Sequence record: SRR20825019_2180
Direction: 5' to 3' (one strand)
Length of the DNA stretch: 60,957 nt
A program made the position numbers and the translations under genes. Of this stretch, positions 21,400-31,506 are shown piece by piece. The notes beneath the pieces were generated by a model. The model did not search any database and was not told the origin of the DNA. It saw only the letters and a program-made list of their open reading frames with translations. The number at the start of each line of letters is the position of its first letter. Within the stretch, counting starts at the first letter, position 1.

Positions 21400-21948
21400 A
21401 TGGATGAGCTAGTTGACATTTGGGACGAACACGGAAAACCTACGGGGCAATCTTGTTTAAAATCGGAAGCTCACCGGAAAGGACTGCTTCATCCTACCGT
21501 CCATGTTTGGCTCTATACACACGATGGACGAGTATTGATTCAGCAACGCGGTAAAGATAAATCTACCCACCCCCTACTTTGGGATGTTTCAGTGGCCGGA
21601 CATGTTTCTGCTGGAGAAAACATTGTTAATGCTGCCGCTAGGGAGGTAAAAGAAGAAATAGGACTTACGGTATCGGAATCAGAATTAGAGCCTCTAGGAA
21701 CCTTCAAAGCCATTCACAAGATATCCGAGGACTTTATTGATGCGGAATTGCATCACATTTTTTTGTGCAAATTAACGGTTCCCTTGAACCAACTCAACAA
21801 ACAAGAAAGTGAGGTAGAAGATTTAGCACTCATACCACTTTTTAAGTTCGCCGAGGAAACCTGGGGCTTGGCCAGTGTCGGCAAATACGTACCGCACGGA
21901 CCTACCTATTACAAAACCATTATAAAGGAAATTAAAAGTCGGACTTGA
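21400..21948 (+). CDS. NUDIX hydrolase (IPP isomerase type-1-like subfamily)
   Basis: AGHVSAGE...AAAREVKEEIG Nudix box; AHRKGLLH. Confidence 0.88.
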   Translation: MDELVDIWDEHGKPTGQSCLKSEAHRKGLLHPTVHVWLYTHDGRVLIQQRGKDKSTHPLLWDVSVAGHVSAGENIVNAAAREVKEEIGLTVSESELEPLGTFKAIHKISEDFIDAELHHIFLCKLTVPLNQLNKQESEVEDLALIPLFKFAEETWGLASVGKYVPHGPTYYKTIIKEIKSRT

Positions 21949-23320
21949 CTTTTTCTGCAAATTCCTGAACGGCATCCAAGGCATATTCCTTTTGGTCGCC
22001 TGTCTTCATGTTCTTTACCACAAATTTACCATCGGTAAGCTCCTGCTCTCCCAAAAGAATTACATACGGCACTCCCCTTTTGTCGGCATATTTAAACTGC
22101 TTTTGCACTTTGGTATCCATTGGGTATAAATCAGCCCTAAGACCTTGCTTGCGTAGCCCAGAAACCAGTTTTAAGGCCGCCATGCCTTCCTTTTTTCCAA
22201 AATTGAGGCAAAGCACATCCAACGAAGTATCCAAGCTGTCAGGAAAGAGATTCAATTCCTCCAGAACCAAATAAATACGGTCCAATCCAAAGGAAATTCC
22301 CACCCCGCTTACATCTTTGAGTCCAAAAATACCGGTAAGGTCATCATAACGGCCACCACCTCCAATGGAACCCATTTTAACGCCCTCTGGTGCGGCCACT
22401 TCAAAAATGGCGCCGGTGTAGTAATTTAACCCACGGGCAAGCGTCACATCTAATTGGAGCTTTGCTGATTGCAATCCCACCATATCCACGGTGGAAATAA
22501 TTTCTTCCAGTTCAGCAACGCCCAACATACCGACTTCGGAGTCGGAAAGAATACTTTTTAGTTTTTCCAATTGTTCGGAAGCGGTTCCCACCATATCAAA
22601 CAAAGGCTGTGCCTTGGCTATGGCCGACTCGGAAATGCCTTTTTCCACCATCTCGGCCTTCACCTTCTCCTCTCCTATCTTGTCCAACTTGTCCAAGGCC
22701 ACGGTAAAATCGACCAATAAGTGTTTGGCTCCAATTACTTCGGCGATTCCAGAAAGTATTTTTCGGTTATTGATTTTGATGGTTGCCCCATTTAATCCCA
22801 AATCGGTGAAAACGGCATCGTACAACTGTACAAACTCCACTTCTTGAAGCAAGGAATTTGCACCGACCACATCGGCATCACACTGGTAAAACTCTCTAAA
22901 ACGCCCTTTTTGCGGACGGTCGGCACGCCACACAGGTTGAACCTGATATCGCTTAAACGGAAAATCAATCTCGTTTTGGTGCATCACCACGTAACGGGCA
23001 AAAGGTACGGTCAGGTCATAACGAAGTGCTTTTTCGGAGATTTTCGGGGTCAACGAAGCGGAATTTTTTGAACTATAAGTCACATCATCCACCTTGGAAA
23101 TAAAATCACCGGAATTCAAGATTTTAAAAATCAGACGGTCGCCTTCATCCCCATATTTTCCCATTAAAGTCTCCGAATTCTCGAAAGATGGAGTCTCTAT
23201 CGGCTGAAAACCATAGGTTTCGAAGTGTTTTTTAATGATCTGGATGATATAGTTACGTCTGGACACCTCTGCAGGTGAAAAATCGCGGGTTCCTTTAGCT
23301 ATGGATGGTTTTTGTGCCAT
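21932..23320 (-). CDS. hisS: Histidine--tRNA ligase
   Basis: KGTRDF, LRYDLTVPFAR, RPQKGRFREFYQCD, ARGLNYYTG, GGGRYD. Confidence 0.98.
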   Translation of the reverse strand: MAQKPSIAKGTRDFSPAEVSRRNYIIQIIKKHFETYGFQPIETPSFENSETLMGKYGDEGDRLIFKILNSGDFISKVDDVTYSSKNSASLTPKISEKALRYDLTVPFARYVVMHQNEIDFPFKRYQVQPVWRADRPQKGRFREFYQCDADVVGANSLLQEVEFVQLYDAVFTDLGLNGATIKINNRKILSGIAEVIGAKHLLVDFTVALDKLDKIGEEKVKAEMVEKGISESAIAKAQPLFDMVGTASEQLEKLKSILSDSEVGMLGVAELEEIISTVDMVGLQSAKLQLDVTLARGLNYYTGAIFEVAAPEGVKMGSIGGGGRYDDLTGIFGLKDVSGVGISFGLDRIYLVLEELNLFPDSLDTSLDVLCLNFGKKEGMAALKLVSGLRKQGLRADLYPMDTKVQKQFKYADKRGVPYVILLGEQELTDGKFVVKNMKTGDQKEYALDAVQEFAEKVKSDF

Positions 23321-23411
23321 GTGGTTTTAAAATTCCTATGTAAATATACAGTTTTGATTAAAGGGTCAAGGTCAAATGAGTAAAGGCTTAATCAGATTCT
23401 TCTTTTAATAG

Positions 23412-23485
23412 GTTCTCGACTGCGCTCGAACTGACAAGCAGGTTTATTTTTTCTTGAATCCAATATCTGAAGTCTGAAATCTGAA
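23412..23485. repeat. Composite repeat: REP-like palindrome + TATTTTTTC + heptamer array (RTCTGAA)x3
   Basis: GTTCTCGACTGCGCTCGAACTGACA (23412-23436), 23/25 identical to 60894-60918; heptamers at 23465-23485. Confidence 0.8.
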
Positions 23486-23956
23486 TTATTCCACAATCTG
23501 TTCAAACCATTGATACAGTTCTCCTTTAGTGATAACGGCCCCTTGTTTAATGATTTCAAACTTGTCCACATTTTTATCTTCCCCATAAGCCTTGGAGGCC
23601 GTAAGATATTCCACAAAATCGGACTGATAATTCCGTTTGAACCAGCCAAAGCCCACCTCGGTCCTGAGGTCGATTTCCGGGTTTAATATTTTAACGGAGA
23701 GCAACTTCATTTCCTTGTCCGTTAAATGGAACAGGTGCATATGCCTTTCGGAAACATTTTCAAGATATTCCACCTTGTTCAAGACACCTTCCCATATCAA
23801 ATCGCTAAAAACATCGATTTCTTCCTCGGCCACCTCTGGTTTTTCCTTTTTAAGGGTATCCCACTCCTCCGCAGTAATGGACTGGGTAGCCAAAAAGTTG
23901 ATGAATTCCGGGTGCAGCTCTTCTAATTGCTCTTTTGTCAAACGTCTGTACTTCAT
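23486..23956 (-). CDS. Conserved Bacteroidota hypothetical protein (DUF6495-like)
   Basis: MKYRRLTKEQLEELHPEFINFLA; promoter TATTTTTG 4 nt upstream. Confidence 0.8.
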   Translation of the reverse strand: MKYRRLTKEQLEELHPEFINFLATQSITAEEWDTLKKEKPEVAEEEIDVFSDLIWEGVLNKVEYLENVSERHMHLFHLTDKEMKLLSVKILNPEIDLRTEVGFGWFKRNYQSDFVEYLTASKAYGEDKNVDKFEIIKQGAVITKGELYQWFEQIVE

Positions 23957-24113
23957 CCTGCAAAAATAAAAAGGCTTATTATAAGCACCGAATTTATGGC
24001 GGAGAATTATTCGATTGTACCTCCAGCTTTAAGTATATATTAACCTCTATTCTTTGGTAAGCCCTTATAAATACTTTAGTTTCGGAAATTAACATGTATT
24101 AAAAGAAGATAAA

Positions 24114-24578
24114 ATGACATTTTTAAAATCGATGAAAACGTTCATGGTTTGCATGGCAACCCTTGGTGCGACCGCTTTTTCCCAAATCAACGCGCAAGAG
24201 CAGGTAGAGGTCAGCGACACGGAACTGAACAAGATAGCTGCCGCTTTCCAAGACATCCAAAAAGTGAATATGGAAGCGCAGCAAAAAGTAATGAAAACCG
24301 TTGAAGAAAGTGGTTTTGAGGCAAATAGGTTCAATGAAATGTACCAAGCTGCCGCTTCTCCCGAAAAAACGGTAGATGCCAGTGACGAGGAAAAGGAACG
24401 CTTTGGCAAATTAATGAACGAGATACAGCAGATGCAGGTAGGCTTCACCCAACAAATTGAAGAAATCATCAGCAATGAGGGGTTGAGTATGGAAAGGTAT
24501 CAAACCATTGCCATGGCATTGCAAAGCGATTCAGAACTACAGGGACGGTTAAAAGCGGCTTTGGAACAACAGCAGTAA
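24114..24578 (+). CDS. DUF4168-like secreted helical protein
   Basis: Signal peptide; internal duplication VSDTELNK...SGFEANRFNEMY / ASDEEKER...EGLSMERYQTI. Confidence 0.8.
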   Translation: MTFLKSMKTFMVCMATLGATAFSQINAQEQVEVSDTELNKIAAAFQDIQKVNMEAQQKVMKTVEESGFEANRFNEMYQAAASPEKTVDASDEEKERFGKLMNEIQQMQVGFTQQIEEIISNEGLSMERYQTIAMALQSDSELQGRLKAALEQQQ

Positions 24579-24600
24579 TTCAGCTTTAAAATGATTTTAT

Positions 24601-24633
24601 AAAAAACCCCGCGCAAATTGCCCGGGGTTTTTT
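24601..24633. terminator. Bidirectional terminator
   Basis: AAAAAACCCCG/CGGGGTTTTTT hairpin between convergent genes. Confidence 0.88.
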
Positions 24634-24652
24634 ATTCTATATGTTTAGAAGT

Positions 24653-25105
24653 TTAGTTTGCTTCCGCAACCACTTCAAATGGGAATTCAACTACGACTTC
24701 CCTATGCAATCTGATAATCGCTTCGTAAGGACCAACTCTTTTAACAGCTCCACCTTTGATATTGATGAATTTTCTGTCGATTTGGTGTCCTTCTTTGTCC
24801 AAAGCAGCAGCAAGGTCGATATTGGTCACAGAACCGAACAATTTATCTCCGGCACCGGCTTTAGCGGCAATTTTGATTTCCAATTGTTTCAACGCATCGG
24901 CAATCTTAGTAGCCTCGTCGATTACTTTTTTCTCCTTGTGAGCTCTTTGCTTAAGGTTCTCGGCCAAAACTTTTTTGGCGGATGGTGTAGCCAAATCGGC
25001 CAAACCTTGTGGGATAAGGAAGTTTCTGCCGTAACCGTTCTTTACGGTAACGATATCATCCTTAAATCCCAAATCCTGTACATCTTCTTTTAGAATAAGT
25101 TCCAT
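24653..25105 (-). CDS. rplI: 50S ribosomal protein L9
   Basis: VKNGYGRNFLIPQG, KLFGSVT. Confidence 0.99.
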   Translation of the reverse strand: MELILKEDVQDLGFKDDIVTVKNGYGRNFLIPQGLADLATPSAKKVLAENLKQRAHKEKKVIDEATKIADALKQLEIKIAAKAGAGDKLFGSVTNIDLAAALDKEGHQIDRKFINIKGGAVKRVGPYEAIIRLHREVVVEFPFEVVAEAN

Positions 25106-25118
25106 TCTCTGGTGTTTT

Positions 25119-25415
25119 TTATTTCAACATATCGCCAACATACGGCATTAACGCTAGGTGACGGGCACGTTTTACGGCCTGCGCCACTTTTCTTTGGTAT
25201 TTCAAGGAAGTACCTGTAAGTCTTCTTGGGAGCAATTTACCTTGCTCGTTCACCAACTTCATCAAGAAATCAGGATCTTTGTAATCAATGTACTTGATAC
25301 CTGATTTTTTGAACCTACAATACTTCTTTTGCTTGTTGGTCTCAATGTTAAGCGGGGTCAAATACCTGATTTCCCCGTCTTTTTTTGCTTTTGCTTGTTG
25401 CTCAATAGATGCCAT
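25119..25415 (-). CDS. rpsR: 30S ribosomal protein S18
   Basis: [27 protein letters not shown]. Confidence 0.99.
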   Translation of the reverse strand: MASIEQQAKAKKDGEIRYLTPLNIETNKQKKYCRFKKSGIKYIDYKDPDFLMKLVNEQGKLLPRRLTGTSLKYQRKVAQAVKRARHLALMPYVGDMLK

Positions 25416-25419
25416 ACCC

Positions 25420-25758
25420 TTATGCCTTTGCTTTTAGTTTGTTTCTTCTTTTCTCCGCCCAAGCAATTGCATGCTTGTCCAATTTAACGGTCAGGAAACG
25501 CATAATGCGCTCATCTCTTCTAAATTCCAACTCGTAAGGGCTGATTGCCTCACCTGGCGCTTGGAATTCGAACAAGTGGTAAAATCCACTTTTCTTGTGC
25601 TGAATGGGATAGGCCAATTTTTTTAGTCCCCAATCTTCTTTGGAGACCATTTTGGCACCATTCTTAATCAAGAAATCCTCAAATTTCTTGACTGTTTCCT
25701 CTATCTGTGTCTCAGACAGAACGGGATTCAAAATGAAAACAGTTTCGTAATGGTTCAT
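25420..25758 (-). CDS. rpsF: 30S ribosomal protein S6
   Basis: [24 protein letters not shown]; promoter TAATTTTG on minus strand at 25782-25789. Confidence 0.99.
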   Translation of the reverse strand: MNHYETVFILNPVLSETQIEETVKKFEDFLIKNGAKMVSKEDWGLKKLAYPIQHKKSGFYHLFEFQAPGEAISPYELEFRRDERIMRFLTVKLDKHAIAWAEKRRNKLKAKA

Positions 25759-25992
25759 TATAATATATTTTTAAAGGAGCGCAAAATTAATAATATTTCT
25801 TTCACCCTGCAAGAAAAGTAAAAAAACTTCGTTTAAGTACATGAGTTATCAACAGTAAAAACCTTTTAAACCTAAATAACACATATGGCAATTTACACAA
25901 CAAAATAGACCATGTTTACATCTTTTGTTGCTCCTAAACGTGTTTTTTATGTAATTTGCCGATGATTTAAAACCCTACAAATCACCCCATTC

Positions 25993-26685
25993 ATGAAATT
26001 AAAAAGTATAATTGTAGACGATTCTTCCATGCAGCGCATGGCCGTTGCGAAATTGGTCAACAATCATCCACACCTAGCTTTGGTTGCTGAATACAGCAAT
26101 GCCATTGAAGCCAAAAATGGCCTTAAAAACCACGAAATCGACCTCATTTTTTTAGATGTTGAAATGCCGATTATCAGTGGTTTTGACCTTTTAGAGGCCC
26201 TAGAGAACCCACCACAGGTAATCCTTATCACAGGAAAACCTGATTATGCACTTAAAGCATTTGACTACGATGTAACCGATTACCTTCACAAACCTATTAC
26301 TTTGGCCCGTTTTGAAGCTTCCGTAAAAAGAGCTGTTGCCAAATACGAGCAAATGAACAGGGTTGATGAGGACGAGGAACACATCTTTGTAAAGAGCAAC
26401 CTTAAAAAACGTAAGGTTATCTTAAACGATATTAAATGGATAGAAGCGTTGGGTGACTACATCAAATTGGTGACTGATGAAGCCAATATCGTAATCCTTT
26501 CCACCATGAAATCTTTTGAAAAGCAATTGCCTGCCGAAAAATTTCTACGTATCCATAAATCTTACATTGTGAATCTGGAGAAGATAGAGAAATTCAACAG
26601 TAAAAATGTTGAAGTAGGGGGCAGACAGATTCCATTAAGTAGAAACAAAAAGACAGAACTGGCGGAAGCGCTGGCCAACGTATAA
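25993..26685 (+). CDS. LytR/AlgR-family response regulator (REC + LytTR)
   Basis: IIVDD, LIFLDVEMP, YLHKP receiver motifs; FLRIHKSYIVN LytTR motif. Confidence 0.95.
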   Translation: MKLKSIIVDDSSMQRMAVAKLVNNHPHLALVAEYSNAIEAKNGLKNHEIDLIFLDVEMPIISGFDLLEALENPPQVILITGKPDYALKAFDYDVTDYLHKPITLARFEASVKRAVAKYEQMNRVDEDEEHIFVKSNLKKRKVILNDIKWIEALGDYIKLVTDEANIVILSTMKSFEKQLPAEKFLRIHKSYIVNLEKIEKFNSKNVEVGGRQIPLSRNKKTELAEALANV

Positions 26686-29145
26686 TTATATGTGGTCCAC
26701 ATTGTAGACCAGTCTTACACTTTTATACTTGGAAATAGCATTAAAGGATTTTTCAATTCTTTTAATGCTATTTTTTGTTTGAGCCAGCGGTTGTTTGTGA
26801 GGAATCTTGATCATTATATTTTTCAGGTAGTCTCTTCGGATTCGAGCAACGGGTGGGTACTCGGGACCAAGAATGTTGTTGCCGAGCACATTGCGCAGCG
26901 AACCGGCCAACCAATCCGATGCCTGGTTCAATTTGTTGAAATCCTTATCCTTTAGCGTAACTTTAATCAGCCTTACCAAAGGTGGGTATTTAAACTGCTC
27001 ACGCTCATAAAACTGTTCCTCGAACATTTTATCATAATTGTTCGTAGTTACCTGCTGTAGAATTTGATGGTACGGATTATAAGTCTGAATAAGCACTTTA
27101 CCTCGTTTTTGGGTACGCCCTGCCCTACCGGCCACCTGTGTCAACATTTGAAAACTACGTTCATGGGCCCTGAAATCAGGAAAATTGAGCATGGAATCGG
27201 CATTCATGATACCTACCAAGCTTACATTTCTAAAATCCAGTCCCTTGGTCACCATTTGTGTGCCCACCAAAATATCCATCTCCTGATTTTCAAAAGATGA
27301 AATAATTTTTTCATAAGCGTACTTGCCACGTGTGGTATCCAAATCCATCCGCCCCACCGAAACATCGGGAAACAACTGCCCCAACTCCTGTTGAATCTGT
27401 TCCGTACCAAATCCCTTGTTGTCCAAAGTAGGACTCCCGCAGGCCAAACAGGCCTGTTGCAAGGCCATATGATAACCACAATAATGACAGCGCAGTTGAC
27501 TTCTGTGTTGATGATACGTTAGACTTACGTCACAGTTAGGACATTGTGCTACATGGCCACAAGTAGTGCATTCCACAACCGGTGCGTATCCTCTCCTATT
27601 TTGAAAAAGAATGATTTGCTCTCCCTCTTCCAAAGCTTCGGTAATGGCCTTGATCAAAATTTCCGAAAAATGCCCCTTCATCCTACGCTTACGGGTCGCT
27701 TCCTTTATATCCACCAAATTGATATCTGGCATCAACACATCTCCATACCTATGCGATATGCCCGCATAACCATATTTCCCTGTCTTGGCATTGAACATGC
27801 TCTCAATACTAGGCGTAGCAGAGCCCAACACAATATTTGCCTTATGGAGAGAAGCCAATACCACAGCGGCATCCCTGGCATGATAACGAGGAGCAGGATC
27901 AAATTGTTTAAAGGAATTTTCATGCTCCTCATCCACTACCACCAGACCCAAATTGGTGAACGGAAGAAATAAGGACGAACGTGCGCCAATTACAATTTGC
28001 GCCTTTTCTGCGCTCTTTAGGACATTGTTCCACACCTCTACCCTCTCGTGGATACTATATTTTGAATGATAAACGGCCACCTGGTGTCCAAAATAATGCC
28101 GCAGCCTATTGATCAATTGTGAAGTCAATGCGATTTCCGGAAGTAAATACAAGGCTTGTTTACCTTTATCCAGACATTTTTGAATGAGTTTTACGTAAAC
28201 TTCTGTTTTTCCTGATGATGTAACTCCATGCAACAAAACAGGTTTTTTCTCCGAAAAGCCAATATTGATGGCTTCCAAAGCCTGATGCTGATGCTCATTT
28301 AAATCTACATGTTTGGATGCTTCGGAACGTTCATCAAAGTCGACCCTGTCTTTTCGGATGTGGTATTCCTCCAAGATATTTTTATCTATAAGTGCTTTTA
28401 TCACCGCACGTGAGGCCCCACTCGCCTCTTCCAATTCGGTAAAAGCGATAGGTTTGTTGCTTTTTTTGGATTTCAGCTGAAAAAGAGAAAGCACCACTTG
28501 GCTTTGCTTGGGTGCCTTGGTGAGTCCATTCAACAATTCTGCCAGTTGCTGCTCGTCCTCATATTGGTCGGATAGCTTAACGTAGCGGACCAGTTTGGGT
28601 TTGTATTGTTCGTACAGCTCTTCTTTTTGAAGCACAACTCCTTTATGGACAAGCGTATTGATAAGCTTCAATACATTTTTCCTATCAACAATGTCACTGA
28701 CCTCGGAAATTTTTAATGCGGATTGATGCTGCAATGCCTCAAATATCAAAAACTCATCATCCGTGAGTTCTGCTTCGTCTACATCCGTATTTTTGTTGGG
28801 CAAAACCAACGTTTCGCTTTCTAACATAAAAGCACTTGGCAGCGCACTTCGGATGACTTCTCCCAACGTACACATGTAATATTTGGCCACCCATTCCCAA
28901 TGCTTCAACTGTATTTGGGTCACAACAGGTTGCTCATCAAGAATTTGATAAATTTCTTTGGGTTCGTAGGCTTCGGGAGCATTTTGATGCACCCTATAGG
29001 CCAATGCAGTAAATATCTTTGATTTACCAAAGGGAACGGCAACGCGCATTCCCTCTTCTATAAAATCTGCTTCGGCCTGCGAAATTTTATACGTGAAGAG
29101 TCTTTCCAAAGGAATGGGAAGAACAACATCCAAAAAATAATCCAT
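26686..29145 (-). CDS. priA: Primosomal protein N' (replication restart helicase)
   Basis: GVTSSGKTEVY, DEEHE, Cys cluster CTTC/CPNC/CHYC/CLAC, QVAGRAGR. Confidence 0.98.
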   Translation of the reverse strand: MDYFLDVVLPIPLERLFTYKISQAEADFIEEGMRVAVPFGKSKIFTALAYRVHQNAPEAYEPKEIYQILDEQPVVTQIQLKHWEWVAKYYMCTLGEVIRSALPSAFMLESETLVLPNKNTDVDEAELTDDEFLIFEALQHQSALKISEVSDIVDRKNVLKLINTLVHKGVVLQKEELYEQYKPKLVRYVKLSDQYEDEQQLAELLNGLTKAPKQSQVVLSLFQLKSKKSNKPIAFTELEEASGASRAVIKALIDKNILEEYHIRKDRVDFDERSEASKHVDLNEHQHQALEAINIGFSEKKPVLLHGVTSSGKTEVYVKLIQKCLDKGKQALYLLPEIALTSQLINRLRHYFGHQVAVYHSKYSIHERVEVWNNVLKSAEKAQIVIGARSSLFLPFTNLGLVVVDEEHENSFKQFDPAPRYHARDAAVVLASLHKANIVLGSATPSIESMFNAKTGKYGYAGISHRYGDVLMPDINLVDIKEATRKRRMKGHFSEILIKAITEALEEGEQIILFQNRRGYAPVVECTTCGHVAQCPNCDVSLTYHQHRSQLRCHYCGYHMALQQACLACGSPTLDNKGFGTEQIQQELGQLFPDVSVGRMDLDTTRGKYAYEKIISSFENQEMDILVGTQMVTKGLDFRNVSLVGIMNADSMLNFPDFRAHERSFQMLTQVAGRAGRTQKRGKVLIQTYNPYHQILQQVTTNNYDKMFEEQFYEREQFKYPPLVRLIKVTLKDKDFNKLNQASDWLAGSLRNVLGNNILGPEYPPVARIRRDYLKNIMIKIPHKQPLAQTKNSIKRIEKSFNAISKYKSVRLVYNVDHI

Positions 29146-29148
29146 ACA

Positions 29149-29583
29149 TTAATTCTCTTCTACCCTATGCCATGTTTGGGTCCTGTGCAGAAATGCTAAA
29201 TATCCTCTGACCTTCAATCGGTTTTTATTCTCCTCGTCCAGCCAGACTTTTCCTCTAAAAGTCATGGCTTGCTCGGGGTCAAACAAACTATCGCCTTTGT
29301 AAACACCGTCTTTGTGTTCCTCGAAATTGTCCATGATCTTCATACCTAGAATTGGCTTGTTCTTTTTGTCGCCATCACATTTGGTGCACAGTGCACCTTT
29401 TTTTCCATCCTCTAGGATTTCTATCACTTTGGCGTGCAACATACCGTCTTCCTTGTAGATTTCAATAACGGCCTTTTCCACACCGTTACGGTCATCAATA
29501 GTTTTCCATTTACCAAAAACACTTTGCGACCATGTTATCTGACAAAGCAAAAAACACACTCCGCATATCCATTTAATCTTCAT
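29149..29583 (-). CDS. DUF2147-like secreted protein
   Basis: Signal peptide; GKWKTIDD, CTKC, LKVRGY...RTQTW; start 29583 or 29598. Confidence 0.85.
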   Translation of the reverse strand: MKIKWICGVCFLLCQITWSQSVFGKWKTIDDRNGVEKAVIEIYKEDGMLHAKVIEILEDGKKGALCTKCDGDKKNKPILGMKIMDNFEEHKDGVYKGDSLFDPEQAMTFRGKVWLDEENKNRLKVRGYLAFLHRTQTWHRVEEN

Positions 29584-30556
29584 TCTTTTGCTTTTCATGT
29601 CGCTTTTTTAGTGAGTTTAAGGTTGCATTCAGTTCAAAACCCAATAATAAGATATTGGAATTTAACCAAATAAACACCATTAAAATCAATAATCCGCCCA
29701 ATGCACCATAAAGTTCATTATATCGTGCAAATTTATCTACGTAAATACCGAAAAGATAGGACGTGAGGAGGAACAAAAGGGTTGTCATTAAGGCCCCTGC
29801 TGAAAAAAAACGGGCATTTCTTCCCTCTGCAGTTCCAAAATAATACAGTATCGCAGTTGTTAAATAGGATAGAAACAAGAAAAACAACACTTTGGCGATT
29901 TGTATGCCCACCGTATCCCCTTTTTCCACATCGTAGCCCACCAGCCTTCTTCCAAGATACTCGCTGGTGTATTCCACAATGTAAAACTCAAAATACACAA
30001 AGGCAACGGCCCCTACGATCAATAAAACGGAAAGAATCAACCCCACCATAAGCGCATAGGCATACTGACGGAAAAAATTACGGGTAAGTTCCACATGGTA
30101 CGAGTTCTCGAACCCACCAAAAATGGCATTAACACCATTGGCCACCAAAAAAATAGATAAAATAAAGGCAGACGACAATAATCCCCCTTGTTTTTGATCC
30201 TTGATCTGTTGGTAGATATCTCCAAAATAATCACTCGTTGCAGAAGGCAAGAAAGACTCCAAAAAGTCTAAGAACTGGGCGTCAAAATTAGCATTGCCGA
30301 CACTTACGTACGGAATTATAAAAGGAATCAATGTCACCAAAAAAATAAGCAATGGAAACAATGCCAAAAACAGGCTAAAAGCAATGGAACTGGCTCTGGA
30401 TGAAAGAGTCCCTTTAACAATCCCCAGCAAGTACATTTCAATCAAATCATACAAAGAGAGTCCTTCAAAAGCTTTGAGCTTTATTTTTTTCATCAATCGG
30501 ACAACCCAATTAATGACAGGTATTTTTTCTAACTGCTCTTCGATGCCTGCTGACAT
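29573..30556 (-). CDS. YihY/virulence factor BrkB family membrane protein
   Basis: ASSIAFSLFLALFP, YNELYGALGG, ILLLGFELN. Confidence 0.93.
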   Translation of the reverse strand: MSAGIEEQLEKIPVINWVVRLMKKIKLKAFEGLSLYDLIEMYLLGIVKGTLSSRASSIAFSLFLALFPLLIFLVTLIPFIIPYVSVGNANFDAQFLDFLESFLPSATSDYFGDIYQQIKDQKQGGLLSSAFILSIFLVANGVNAIFGGFENSYHVELTRNFFRQYAYALMVGLILSVLLIVGAVAFVYFEFYIVEYTSEYLGRRLVGYDVEKGDTVGIQIAKVLFFLFLSYLTTAILYYFGTAEGRNARFFSAGALMTTLLFLLTSYLFGIYVDKFARYNELYGALGGLLILMVFIWLNSNILLLGFELNATLNSLKKRHEKQKNED

Positions 30557-31414
30557 TTAAACGGCTTTTAAGCTTAAATCCATATTATAAACGGAATGGG
30601 TAAGCGCACCCGAGGAAATAAAATCCACGCCACATTCGGCATATTTTCGAATCGTGTCCTCGGTTATTCCCCCCGAAGATTCAGTGAGGCACCTATCCCC
30701 TATTCTTTTGACGGCTTCTCGGGTTTCGTCATAATCAAAATTATCCAAAAGGATACGGTAAACACCATCTGATTTCAATATTTCATCAACTTCATCCAGA
30801 TTTCTAGCTTCTACTATAATTTTTAGGTTTTTCCCCTTTTCCTCTAAATAATCCTGTGTTTTTTGAATGGCTTTTGTGATTCCTCCTGCAAAGTCGATAT
30901 GATTGTCCTTGAGCATGATCATGTCGTACAGGGCAAACCGATGGTTTTCGCCTCCTCCTATCTTCACCGCCCATTTTTCCAGGGCCCGAATACCGGGAGT
31001 TGTTTTTCGGGTATCCAAAATCCTGGTCTCGGTACCGTCCAGAAGGGACACAAAATCCTGAGTCTTAGTCGCGATGGCACTCATACGCTGCATGGCATTT
31101 AGCACCAGGCGCTCTGCTTTTAATATGCTCTGGGAGCTTCCCTCCACATAAAAAACAATATCTCCATATTTAACCTGGGCCCCATCTTCTCTCAAAATTT
31201 CCATAGTAAGGTTTGGGTCGACATAATCGAATACTTGTTTGGCAAATGCAACACCTGCGATAATGCCCTCATCCTTTACCAAAAGTTTTGCCTTTCCCCG
31301 AGCTGATGCAGGAATACAGGATAAAGAGCTATGGTCGCCATCACCAACGTCCTCTCTTACGGCATTGGCAATGATCAAATCCAGTTCGTTTTGAAATTGT
31401 TCTTCGGAAATCAT
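30557..31414 (-). CDS. nadC: Nicotinate-nucleotide diphosphorylase (carboxylating)
   Basis: DTRKTTPG, NHRFALYDMIMLKDNH, ILLDN, ESSGGI. Confidence 0.98.
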   Translation of the reverse strand: MISEEQFQNELDLIIANAVREDVGDGDHSSLSCIPASARGKAKLLVKDEGIIAGVAFAKQVFDYVDPNLTMEILREDGAQVKYGDIVFYVEGSSQSILKAERLVLNAMQRMSAIATKTQDFVSLLDGTETRILDTRKTTPGIRALEKWAVKIGGGENHRFALYDMIMLKDNHIDFAGGITKAIQKTQDYLEEKGKNLKIIVEARNLDEVDEILKSDGVYRILLDNFDYDETREAVKRIGDRCLTESSGGITEDTIRKYAECGVDFISSGALTHSVYNMDLSLKAV

Positions 31415-31506
31415 CCAATTGAGCTTTTAACGAAAATAGTAAAAACATTGTTCGTTGACCATGACTTATGTGCCCATAATTTAAGCTGAAACGTTTATTT
31501 TTGGGC

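Noticed and set aside
23392..23649. 85-aa minus-strand ORF ending in SDFRLQILD...CQFERSREP
   Set aside because: Overlaps the DUF6495-like gene out of frame; its tail is just the translated heptamer and REP repeats.
25416..25430. Shine-Dalgarno-like AAGG upstream of rpsR
   Set aside because: Match is short and overlaps the rpsF stop and codons, with poor spacing; not distinguishable from chance.
25773..25779. CTCCTTT anti-SD mimic in the rpsF leader as an S6:S18 autoregulatory site
   Set aside because: It starts 2 nt after the -7 element, so it is probably only partly transcribed, and no supporting hairpin is visible.
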